Origin: Myxococcota bacterium
GTDB taxonomy: Bacteria; Myxococcota_A; UBA796; SXON01
Assembly: GCA_040386535.1 (NCBI GenBank)
Contig: JAZKFH010000015.1
Span: 1-64,000 of the forward strand
DNA length: 64,000 bases
Direction: 5' to 3'
A program made the translations under genes and the position numbers. Shown in pieces: positions 20,073 to 28,572 of this stretch (its first letter is position 1; each line of letters opens with the position of its first letter). The notes below the pieces were generated by a model that had not been told where the DNA came from, did no database searches, and saw only the letters and a list, made by a program, of their open reading frames with translations.

Positions 20073-21344
20073 ATGAAGATGTTCCTGCTCCCGCTCTCTC
20101 TCGTCCTCGCGTGCACCGGCTCTCCCGACGACACCGGGGCTGCGCAGGGGGACCCCGTGCTGTCGGGCACGCTGCTCACCGGCTCGACCTCCCGCGAGCT
20201 CTCGCCCTCCACCGAGAACCTCCCGCTGCTCGCCGCCGAGAACGCCGCCTTCTCGCTCGACCTGCTCCGCGTCGTGCACGCGCAGGCGCCCGGCAACCAG
20301 GTGATCTCCCCGTGGAGCCTCCAGGTCGTGATGGCGCAGGTGCACGCCGGCGCCTCTGGCGACGCGAAGACGGCGATCGCCGACACCTTCGGGTGGTCGC
20401 TGGAGGACGCCGCGTTGAACGAGGCCTTCGGCGCCGCGGATCTCGCCGTGGCGGCGCACGACGACGCCGCGTCCGACCCGCCCGTGACCCTCACCTCGAC
20501 CAACCAGATCTTCGTCACCACCGGCTACGAGCTCGGCGCCCCCTGGCTCGACACGCTCTCGAGCTGGTACGGCACCGGGGTGCAGCAGATGGACTTCGCG
20601 GCCGACCCGGAGGGGGTCGCCGCCGACATCAACGGCTGGATCGCCGCGCGCACCGGCGACCGCATCAAGGACCTCGTGTCCGCCAACGTCATCGCCGACT
20701 CCCGGATGCTCCTCGCCAACGCCCTGTACTTCAACGCGAGCTGGGAGTTCCCCTTCGCCGAAGAGAGCACCACGGACGCGCCGTTCCACCTCGCCGACGG
20801 GTCCGAGGTCTCCGTGCCGACGATGCACGGCATGGTGAACATGACGGGGGCCCTGGGCGAGGGCTTCCTGCTCGTCGAGGTCCCGTTCGCGGACGAAGGC
20901 ACCGGGCTGACGATGACCGTCGTGCTTCCCGACGAGGGCCGCTTCGACGAGGTGCTCGCCGGGCTCGACGGTGCCGCGCTCGCGGCGGCGATCGCCGCGG
21001 AGGTGTCCTGCGAAGAGTGCGTGATCGAGATGCCGAAGTTCGAGGTGAACGGGAAGCCCCAGATCACGCCCGCCCTCCGGACCCTCGGCATGGAGGCGGC
21101 GTTCGGCGGCGCCTACGAGGGCATCAGCCCCGCGTTGACGCTGACGGCGGTGGAGCAGATGGGTTTTGTCTCCGTGGGCGAGAAGGGGATGGAGGCGGCC
21201 GCCGCGACCTACGCCGCGTTCGAGGACTCCTGGTCGGAGCCGCCGTTCGGCCCGGTGATCGTCGACCGGCCGTTCCTCTGGCTGGTCCGCGAGAATGGTG
21301 GCGGGGCGATCCTGTTCGCGGGCGTCGTGAGCGACCCGCGCTGA
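20073..21344 (+). CDS. Serpin family lipoprotein
   Basis: NQVISPWS, INGWIA.RT..RI, LANALYFNASW, MPKF, hinge EKGMEAAAAT, DRPFLWLV, ILFAGVVSDP; signal ending LAC. Confidence 0.95.
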   Translation: MKMFLLPLSLVLACTGSPDDTGAAQGDPVLSGTLLTGSTSRELSPSTENLPLLAAENAAFSLDLLRVVHAQAPGNQVISPWSLQVVMAQVHAGASGDAKTAIADTFGWSLEDAALNEAFGAADLAVAAHDDAASDPPVTLTSTNQIFVTTGYELGAPWLDTLSSWYGTGVQQMDFAADPEGVAADINGWIAARTGDRIKDLVSANVIADSRMLLANALYFNASWEFPFAEESTTDAPFHLADGSEVSVPTMHGMVNMTGALGEGFLLVEVPFADEGTGLTMTVVLPDEGRFDEVLAGLDGAALAAAIAAEVSCEECVIEMPKFEVNGKPQITPALRTLGMEAAFGGAYEGISPALTLTAVEQMGFVSVGEKGMEAAAATYAAFEDSWSEPPFGPVIVDRPFLWLVRENGGGAILFAGVVSDPR

Positions 21345-21438
21345 CCAGGGCGGCGGCCGTCCCAAGCGCCCCGCCCCACTTCGATTCGACCGCAAGAACC
21401 GGAGTGCCGCCCCCCGCCGCCGGTGCGAGATTCCTCCC

Positions 21439-22173
21439 ATGAGCGAAACCGGCGACATGTGGGCGGGCGGCGTGGGCCCAGAGAGGGTCGACAGGTTGGA
21501 TTGGGCGCGAGCGGAGAGGGAGCTCGACGCCCAGGGGTGGGCCGTGTTCGAGGGACTCCTGTCCGCGGAGGAGTGCGCGGCGGTGACCGGGCTGTACGAC
21601 GTGGGCCGGTTCCGCAGCCGTGTGGTGATGGGGCACCACGGCTATGGGCGGGGCGAGTACAAGTATTTCGCCTACCCCCTGCCCGACCTCGTCGAGGGCC
21701 TGCGCACCGCGCTCTACCCGCGCCTGGCACCGGTCGCCAACCGGTGGAACCGGACCATGGGCATTGACACGGAATACCCCGACACCCACGCCGCGTTCCT
21801 CGACCGCTGTCACCAGGCCGGCCAGCTCCGCCCTACGCCGCTCGTGCTCCGCTACGGGGAGGGCGACTACAACTGCCTCCACCAGGACCTCTACGGCGAA
21901 CACGTCTTCCCGCTCCAGGTGGCCATCGTGCTCTCCGCGCCGGGCGAGGACTTCACCGGGGGTGAATTCGTGCTCACGGAGCAGCGCCCCCGCATGCAGT
22001 CCCGCCCCGACGTCGTGCCCCTCGGCCGCGGCGATGCCGTGGTGTTCGCCGTCCATCACCGCCCGGTGCAGGGCACGCGTGGGAGCTACCGGGTGAACCT
22101 CCGCCATGGGGTCAGCCGGCTGCGCTCGGGCCACCGGCACACGTTGGGGATCATCTTCCACGACGCGACGTGA
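21439..22173 (+). CDS. 2OG-Fe(II) oxygenase (DUF2086 type)
   Basis: GRGEYKYF, RPTPL, YNCLHQDLYGEHVFPLQV, EQRPRMQSR, RHGVS, GIIFHDA. Confidence 0.92.
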   Translation: MSETGDMWAGGVGPERVDRLDWARAERELDAQGWAVFEGLLSAEECAAVTGLYDVGRFRSRVVMGHHGYGRGEYKYFAYPLPDLVEGLRTALYPRLAPVANRWNRTMGIDTEYPDTHAAFLDRCHQAGQLRPTPLVLRYGEGDYNCLHQDLYGEHVFPLQVAIVLSAPGEDFTGGEFVLTEQRPRMQSRPDVVPLGRGDAVVFAVHHRPVQGTRGSYRVNLRHGVSRLRSGHRHTLGIIFHDAT

Positions 22174-22266
22174 ACACGTCCCCGATTTGGTCGCGACTTG
22201 TTGCGTCATCGGCGGCGGGGTGGCGGCATCGGGAGCTGAACGTCGGAGGCGGTTATCTGCTGGGGG

Positions 22267-24318
22267 ATGCTGCACCTGCGCCTGTCTACCTGGAGCCCGA
22301 TCGCGGGCGAGTACGTGCCGCTCCCGAACGGCACCAAGGTGCGCGCGCGGGCACGTGACCTCCGGACCGTCGTCGACGAGGCCGTGGTGCGGCGTGGACG
22401 CGCCGCGCTCGACGTGGAGAACCTCGACACGGTGGAGATCGAGGCGAGCCTCGAGGGAGACGCGCTCACGACGGCCGGCAAGCGCGTGCGCGCGGGCACG
22501 CCGGGCGCGTGGACCCCGCCAGACCCGTGGGTGACCCGGCTCGGGCACCGGCGTCCGCGCGGCGTGCAGGGCACCTCCGCAGCGCCGTTCGAGCTGCGCT
22601 TCGGGCGCGAGGCCTTCCTCCGCTTCGTGTACTGGTCCGAAGAGGCGGCCGACTTCGTGTCGGCGCCCGAGGGCCTCGTCGTCACCGCACGGGACACGCA
22701 CCTCCCCGGCGACGTGATTCTAGGTCGCGCGGTGACGGACCGCGAGGGGCGCGTCAGTTTGCCGCTCCACGAGGGCGAGCGCGACCCGGACCTCTGGTTC
22801 CAGGTCGAGCCGACAGATGGCGCCGACGAAACAGCGCCCCTATGCCGTGCATGGAGCAGTCGCGACTCCACGCCCCTCGGCGGCGTCGACGCGAAGGGGC
22901 GCGGCTACTGGGCCGACTGGAAGGCACAACGCCTCGGCAGCCCCGAGGAGCCGTACCTGTTCGCGATCGGGGAGAGCCCTCCGCGGACCCACCCGGGGAA
23001 CCAGGTGTCGCTCCTGGTCGACGGGCCGGCGCTGCTCGCCGCGTGGGAGGCCGCGATCGCGTCCGCCCGGCACACGCTCCACCTCGAGACGATGCTCTAC
23101 TTCGACGATCCGATGACCCGCCGCATCCAGGCGTGCATCCTCGCGAAGGCGCGCGAAGGCGTCCAGGTGCGCCTGCTCCTCGGCATGGAGATGACGCGGG
23201 CGGTCCCGGCCTTCGTGCTCCAGCAGATCGCCTGGTTGAAGGTGTTCCGCCGCGTCCCGCGCAAGGTGCGCATCGCCGAGCTCGCCGTGCTGGAGGAGAC
23301 CCTCGCGGAGGAGCGCCGGCGCACCGACATCGACGCCTTGATCGCCGAGCTCGTGGCCGAGCCCAACGTCACCGTGCTCGACAACAGCTCGGCCCGGGTC
23401 GAGGAGCTGCCCGGCATCCGGCGCCAGCTGCCCGCGGCGTATCGCGCGCTGGAGGGGCGCCTGCCCGCGTTCACGATGATGCGGGTCGACCATCGCAAGC
23501 TGCTGGTGGTGGACGGGCGGGTCGCCGTGCTCGGCGGCCAGAACGTCGGCCGGGAGTACGCGTACGAGCGCGCCTTCGATCCGGCGGTGCCCGACAAGGA
23601 CGAGGAGTGGGTCAAGTGGCACGACGTGTCCGTGCGGATCGCGGGGCCCGTCGTGACCGACCTGCAGCGCTACTTCCGGGAGCGGTGGGTGGGGGAGGGG
23701 GGCGAGACCTTCGGGTCGGACGCGGGCGTCGCCGACGTGGCGTTCCCGCCCATCCCGCCACGTCCGGACGGCCTGTCCGTACGCATCGTGGACACGACGC
23801 CCGGGGCGCGGCGTTACTACCACGCGACGATGATCGCGCTGTTCCACGGCGCGCGGCGGCACATCCACGTGATGAGCCCGTACTTCTCCAACCCCGAGGC
23901 GCTCGGCGCCCTCACGGCGGCGGCCCGCCGCGGCGTCGCCGTCACGTTCGTGTTCCCCTACCAGGACAACGACTCGCGCGACTACCTCTACTCCGCGCGG
24001 CTCTGGTACCCGGAGATGATCGAGGCCGGCATCGCGGTCTACGAGTACCAGCACCACATGAACCACGCGAAGGTGGCGGTGGTGGACGACGTGGCGGTGG
24101 TCGGCACCGCCAACATGAACCACTCGAGCTTCTTCTTCCACTACGAGCTGGCGGCCGTCGTCGCGGACGCCGGGTTCGCGCGCGAGATGACGCGCGCGTT
24201 GTGGGAGCAAGACATCCCCCACTGCCGCCGCATCCAGGCCGCCGAGGTGCCTGGGCTCCTCGACATCACGTCGGCGGCTGAGGTGTACCTCCGCACGTTG
24301 GTGCAGCGACGGTTCTGA
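22267..24318 (+). CDS. Phospholipase D / cardiolipin-synthase-like protein with long N-terminal extension
   Basis: Two HKD motifs (HRKLLVVDG...GGQN; HAKVAVVDD...GTAN), GNQVSLLVDG, WHD, SPYF. Confidence 0.9.
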   Translation: MLHLRLSTWSPIAGEYVPLPNGTKVRARARDLRTVVDEAVVRRGRAALDVENLDTVEIEASLEGDALTTAGKRVRAGTPGAWTPPDPWVTRLGHRRPRGVQGTSAAPFELRFGREAFLRFVYWSEEAADFVSAPEGLVVTARDTHLPGDVILGRAVTDREGRVSLPLHEGERDPDLWFQVEPTDGADETAPLCRAWSSRDSTPLGGVDAKGRGYWADWKAQRLGSPEEPYLFAIGESPPRTHPGNQVSLLVDGPALLAAWEAAIASARHTLHLETMLYFDDPMTRRIQACILAKAREGVQVRLLLGMEMTRAVPAFVLQQIAWLKVFRRVPRKVRIAELAVLEETLAEERRRTDIDALIAELVAEPNVTVLDNSSARVEELPGIRRQLPAAYRALEGRLPAFTMMRVDHRKLLVVDGRVAVLGGQNVGREYAYERAFDPAVPDKDEEWVKWHDVSVRIAGPVVTDLQRYFRERWVGEGGETFGSDAGVADVAFPPIPPRPDGLSVRIVDTTPGARRYYHATMIALFHGARRHIHVMSPYFSNPEALGALTAAARRGVAVTFVFPYQDNDSRDYLYSARLWYPEMIEAGIAVYEYQHHMNHAKVAVVDDVAVVGTANMNHSSFFFHYELAAVVADAGFAREMTRALWEQDIPHCRRIQAAEVPGLLDITSAAEVYLRTLVQRRF

Positions 24319-24337
24319 CGCGGCGGTCCTCGCCGCG
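24319..24337. terminator. GC hairpin between convergent genes
   Basis: CGCGGCG-gtcct-CGCCGCG directly between two stop codons; no U-tract. Confidence 0.4.
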
Positions 24338-24339
24338 CC

Positions 24340-25908
24340 TCACTCTCCTGTGTAGTACGCGTAGATCGCCCCCGCCGCGATCCCCCCCATGTCGTCTCCG
24401 GGGGCCCCGACGATCACCTCGCTGAACCCGTCCCCGTCGATGTCTCCCAGGGCGACACCCTGCCCGGCCAGGTCGTACTCCGCCTCGCCGATGAAGGAGG
24501 CGCCCGCGTCCATGACCGCGTACGCCCCGGAGCCAAGCCCCCAGAACAGGTAGGCGGCGCCCGCCCCCGTCGCGCGGGTCGTGTCGAAGGCCGCCCCGAC
24601 AAGCAGATCTCCCTTGCCGTCCCCGTCGAGGTCGTCCACGGCGACGCTGGACCCGATGTATTGCTCCGACCCGTCCCCGCGCACGATGATGTCCGCCGCG
24701 CCGAGGCCGATGTCCCCGGACGCGGGCCCGTAGACCACCTGCACCACGCCGCCCCCCATCGCGCTGGACGTCCCGACAAGCGCGTCGGCGTGCCCATCCC
24801 CGTCGACGTCTCCCTGCTCGAGAAACGTGCCCGCGGTCTCGCTGGGGTTCTCGCCAAACAGCCGGCCGTCGGCATCCGCGAGATCCATCTCGCCCGAGGG
24901 CGGGCCGTAGACGACGTAGATGGTCCCCGCGCTGGGGGCGGAGACGGACGAGAAGGGGGCCTGGATGAGGATGTCGCCGATGCCGTCGCCGTCGTGATCG
25001 CCCCCCGCACGGAGGATCCGCCCGGCGTAGTCGCCCTCGACGCCAGCGAGCACGGCGTCGGCCCGGCTGGTGAGATCGATCGCGCCCGACGCGAGGGGCC
25101 CGTACTCGACGTACACGGCGCCCGACGTCCGCCCCCCGCGGTTCTCGGCGTAGGCCCCGACGACAGCGTCGGCGATGCCGTCCCCGTCGACGTCCGCGAG
25201 GTCGGAGCCGTGGCCGGCCAAGGTCTCGGTGTACCCGTACAGGTGGATGTCGGCGTCCTCCAGGCGGCTGTCCCCGGTGATGGGCCCGAGGACGACGTAC
25301 AGGCCGTCTCCTCCGGTGCCGGCGTGCGGCGCCCCGATGCCGGCGTCCGCGATGCCGTCGCCGTTCACGTCCCCGACACCGGTCGATCGGCCGGCGCCGA
25401 GCGTGACCCCGGACCCCTCGAGGAAGAACCCGACGGTGTCCGCCGCGGCCACGCCGTGGACCGGACCCGCGATGACCCAGGCGCCACCCGACTCCGCTTC
25501 GTAGTCGAGGGTGGGGACGAGCAGATCGTCGATGCTGTCACCCGTCATGTCGCCGACTTCGATGAGCCGGCCTCCGTCAGAGTTCGGATGGGGCACGTAC
25601 ACCTTGGCGTCGGCGGCCCCCAGGTCGTGCTCCCCCGCGAAGCCGCAGCGGGTGTCGAGGCCGCTGCAGTCGCTGTCGACGCCGTCCCCACACAGGTCGG
25701 TCGCATCGGGGTGGATCGTCGCGTCCGCGTCGTCGCAGTCCGCGGGGGCGACATACCCGTCCCCGTCGACATCTCCGCCGCTTGCGGAGTCGTCGGTCCC
25801 GCGGTCGGTCCCGGGATCGGTCCCAGTGTCCTTCGACGGCTCGGCCTGGCAGCCCGTCGCGAGAGGGAGGAGCACGGCGAGGAGGGCGACAGGGAAGCGA
25901 ACGGACAT
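24340..25908 (-). CDS. FG-GAP (integrin-alpha-like) beta-propeller lipoprotein with one putative metal-binding (MopE-like) motif
   Basis: Lipobox LATGC; DCDDADATIHPDATDLCGDGVDSDC; repeated GD.DGDG..D..VGA...G..Y blades. Confidence 0.9.
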   Translation of the reverse strand: MSVRFPVALLAVLLPLATGCQAEPSKDTGTDPGTDRGTDDSASGGDVDGDGYVAPADCDDADATIHPDATDLCGDGVDSDCSGLDTRCGFAGEHDLGAADAKVYVPHPNSDGGRLIEVGDMTGDSIDDLLVPTLDYEAESGGAWVIAGPVHGVAAADTVGFFLEGSGVTLGAGRSTGVGDVNGDGIADAGIGAPHAGTGGDGLYVVLGPITGDSRLEDADIHLYGYTETLAGHGSDLADVDGDGIADAVVGAYAENRGGRTSGAVYVEYGPLASGAIDLTSRADAVLAGVEGDYAGRILRAGGDHDGDGIGDILIQAPFSSVSAPSAGTIYVVYGPPSGEMDLADADGRLFGENPSETAGTFLEQGDVDGDGHADALVGTSSAMGGGVVQVVYGPASGDIGLGAADIIVRGDGSEQYIGSSVAVDDLDGDGKGDLLVGAAFDTTRATGAGAAYLFWGLGSGAYAVMDAGASFIGEAEYDLAGQGVALGDIDGDGFSEVIVGAPGDDMGGIAAGAIYAYYTGE

Positions 25909-25979
25909 CGGGATCTCCAGAAATCGGGCACGCTGCTCCGCTCGCGAGCGGCTACCCTCCTGTACCCCGAGGACTTCGC

Positions 25980-27098
25980 ATGATCCGCCCGCTCTCGCCC
26001 GACGCCACCCGCGCGCTCCGAGTCTCCCTGCTCGTCTCTCTTGGTTTGAGCCTCACCGGCGCCTCGGGCTGCTACGTCTTCGACAAGTGCGGTTCGAACG
26101 ATCCGGACCCCGTCACCGTCAGCCTCGACGACCTGCCCGCGGACACCGGCGAGGACACGGGCGCCGACACGGGGACCCCCGTCGATCCCGACGTTTGCCC
26201 CCCGTCGGGGGACGCCGCGCTCGAGCTCCTCCTCACCAGCGACGACATCCATTGCGGCGCTCAGTCCCCCGAGCTGATCGAGCAAGTCGGGCGCGATTGC
26301 ACCTACGACTACCAATGCTTCACCTGCTGCGGCTACGGCCGGCCGTACCTGGACGAGTCCGGCAGGCCCGTCGAGGCCGACACGATCCCGGTCGCCGGGT
26401 GGGCGGACGGCGCCGATCGGCCCGACGTCACCGGGCTCACCGCGGCAGAGCGTGCGGAGATCGGTCGGTACTGGCGGGAGAACGCCCGCGCCGAGCACTC
26501 GTCCGTGGCGGGGTTCCACCGCTTCGCGCTCGACCTGCTCGCGCACGGTGCGCCGCCGACGCTGATCGCTCGGGCGCAGCGCGCCGCGGCACAGGAGCTC
26601 CGTCACGCGCTCGACTGTTTCACCCTGGCGAGTGTGTACCTGGGCGAGCCCCTGGGGCCCGCGCGGATGGAGATGGGGGGCCAGGCCCCGATCGCCGCGG
26701 ATCTCGCTGAGCTCGCGGCGTGGACCGCCCGTGACGGCGCCATCGGCGAGACGCTCGCGGCCTGGCTCGCCGAGCAGGCCCTGGGACGCGCGACCGATCC
26801 CGCCGTTCGTGCGGTCCTCGCGCGGATCGTGCGCGACGAGACGGAGCACGCCGAGCTGGCGTGGGCCACCCTGCAATGGGCGATCGAGGTCGGGGGCGAC
26901 GAGGTGCGCGAGGCCGTCGGCGCGGTGTTCGCCCGCCTCGGTGACCCCCGGCCGCACCCGCTGGAGTGGACGGAGCGGCTCGCGGCGCACGGCGTCCCGT
27001 CGCCGGAGCAGGAGGGCGCGGACGCCGCGGTGTGTGTCGCCAGCGTGATCCTCCCCGTCGCGCAGGCGCTCCTCGCGGCGGAGCGCGTAGCCGCGTAG
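25980..27098 (+). CDS. Ferritin-like di-metal domain protein with lipoprotein-type Cys-rich N-terminus
   Basis: GASGC lipobox-like; GRP then EHSSVAGF, ELRH, GET, DETEH ligand pattern. Confidence 0.8.
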   Translation: MIRPLSPDATRALRVSLLVSLGLSLTGASGCYVFDKCGSNDPDPVTVSLDDLPADTGEDTGADTGTPVDPDVCPPSGDAALELLLTSDDIHCGAQSPELIEQVGRDCTYDYQCFTCCGYGRPYLDESGRPVEADTIPVAGWADGADRPDVTGLTAAERAEIGRYWRENARAEHSSVAGFHRFALDLLAHGAPPTLIARAQRAAAQELRHALDCFTLASVYLGEPLGPARMEMGGQAPIAADLAELAAWTARDGAIGETLAAWLAEQALGRATDPAVRAVLARIVRDETEHAELAWATLQWAIEVGGDEVREAVGAVFARLGDPRPHPLEWTERLAAHGVPSPEQEGADAAVCVASVILPVAQALLAAERVAA

Positions 27099-27126
27099 CC
27101 GCGTAGGTTCCGGGGTACCATGGGTC

Positions 27127-28443
27127 ATGCTGCTCCTCGCTTTCGCCTGTGTCGCCCCTCCCATCGAGTTGGACTCGGATGACTCCGACAGCGCCGTCAC
27201 GACCGACTCGGCCGGGACGGACACGGACGACACCGACGAGACGGGGGACACCGACGACACCGACACGGTGGACACGGACACGGCAGACACGGACACGGCA
27301 GACACCGACATCGACACGGGGGACACCGACGTCGAGGAGAGCTGGCCGAAGGCGTGCTCCGCGCTCTACGACGAGGACCTCGTGCCGACGTTCGAGCTCC
27401 AATTCACCACGGAGGAGCTGGAGAGCGTGTATGCGGACTGCGCCGCGGGCAGCCAGGAATACCACCCGGTCTCGTTCACCTACGACGGGGAGACCGTCGC
27501 CGCGATGGCACGCCTCAAGGGCAATTGGTCCTGGAGTTGTGAGAAGCTCCAGTTCGTGGTGTCGTTCAACGAGGAGGACTCGAGCGGACGCTTCCACGGG
27601 CAGCGCAAGCTCATGTTCGACGCGCCCTGGTACGACCGGACGCTGATGCACGAGCGGATCGCGTTCCCGTTGTTCGAGGAGCGGGGGCTGCCCTATTCTT
27701 GTGTCAACAACGCCAGGGTGTATGTGAACGGGGAGTACCAGGGCTTGTACGCCAACGTCGAGCGTATCGACAAGGAGTACCTCGAGCGCCACTTCGAGGA
27801 GGACGATGGCAATCTCTACCAGGGCGGCACCGAGCTGAAGACCAACGAGGACGTGGCGGACACGACCAACCTCGTGGCGCTCCAGGCCACCACGACCGTC
27901 GAGGAGATCGCCGCGCTCATGGACCTCGACCAGGCCGTGGCCGAGTGGTCGATGGAGGCGATGTTGCCGGCCATGGACAACTACTGGGCGGGCGTCGAGA
28001 TCAATTACTACCTGTACGACCATCCCAGCCGCGGCTTCGTCTACCTGCCATACGACCTCGACATCTCCTTTGGCGACGCCCGCTACACCTCCGGCGAGCT
28101 GGTCTGGGGCAACGTCGCCTCCTCGGACCCCATCACCTACGAGCACCCGGGCTGGCAGAAGGAGGCCCTCGTGGAGCGGGTCCTGGCCGATCCGCACTGG
28201 TGCGAGCGCTTCGTGGAGGAGCTCATCCTGTCACGCGCCGCCTACGTACCCGAAGTGCTGGAGGCGCGGCTGGACGAGTGGGAGCTCCAGATCGCCGACG
28301 CGGTCGCGGAGGATCCAAACAAGATTGGTTCGATGGCCGACCACCAGGCGTCGGTGGCCGAGCTCCGTGCGTTCTTCGCGGAGCGCGCGGCGTACGTGGA
28401 CGAGTGGCTCGCGGTCGGGGGGCACTGTCCCGCGCGGTTCTGA
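27127..28443 (+). CDS. CotH kinase family lipoprotein
   Basis: MLLLAFAC, DT-rich linker, RLKGN, RFHGQRKL, VNGEYQGLYANVERID, DNY...NYYLY...LPYDLD. Confidence 0.9.
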   Translation: MLLLAFACVAPPIELDSDDSDSAVTTDSAGTDTDDTDETGDTDDTDTVDTDTADTDTADTDIDTGDTDVEESWPKACSALYDEDLVPTFELQFTTEELESVYADCAAGSQEYHPVSFTYDGETVAAMARLKGNWSWSCEKLQFVVSFNEEDSSGRFHGQRKLMFDAPWYDRTLMHERIAFPLFEERGLPYSCVNNARVYVNGEYQGLYANVERIDKEYLERHFEEDDGNLYQGGTELKTNEDVADTTNLVALQATTTVEEIAALMDLDQAVAEWSMEAMLPAMDNYWAGVEINYYLYDHPSRGFVYLPYDLDISFGDARYTSGELVWGNVASSDPITYEHPGWQKEALVERVLADPHWCERFVEELILSRAAYVPEVLEARLDEWELQIADAVAEDPNKIGSMADHQASVAELRAFFAERAAYVDEWLAVGGHCPARF

Positions 28444-28543
28444 ACGCCGGGGGGCGCGACCCCCCTGTCCCACCCCGGCACCCCCCGCCGCTGCACACGC
28501 GCCCCACCCCGCGGAAGGACCGCCGCCCACGCCGGGAACCGCG

Positions 28544-28559
28544 CGGCACGGATCTTGCT
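28544..28559 (+). promoter_or_regulatory. sigma54 promoter
   Basis: CGGCACGGATCTTGCT just upstream of ATG 28573. Confidence 0.7.
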
Positions 28560-28572
28560 GGGATGGGGGCCG

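Noticed and set aside
15746..20521. 1591-aa reverse ORF and similar long antisense ORFs (4143..7277, 28231..30774, the 5' part of 43830..46973, 46637..49135)
   Set aside because: Stop-poor shadows expected at this GC content; the opposite strand or another frame carries recognisable motifs
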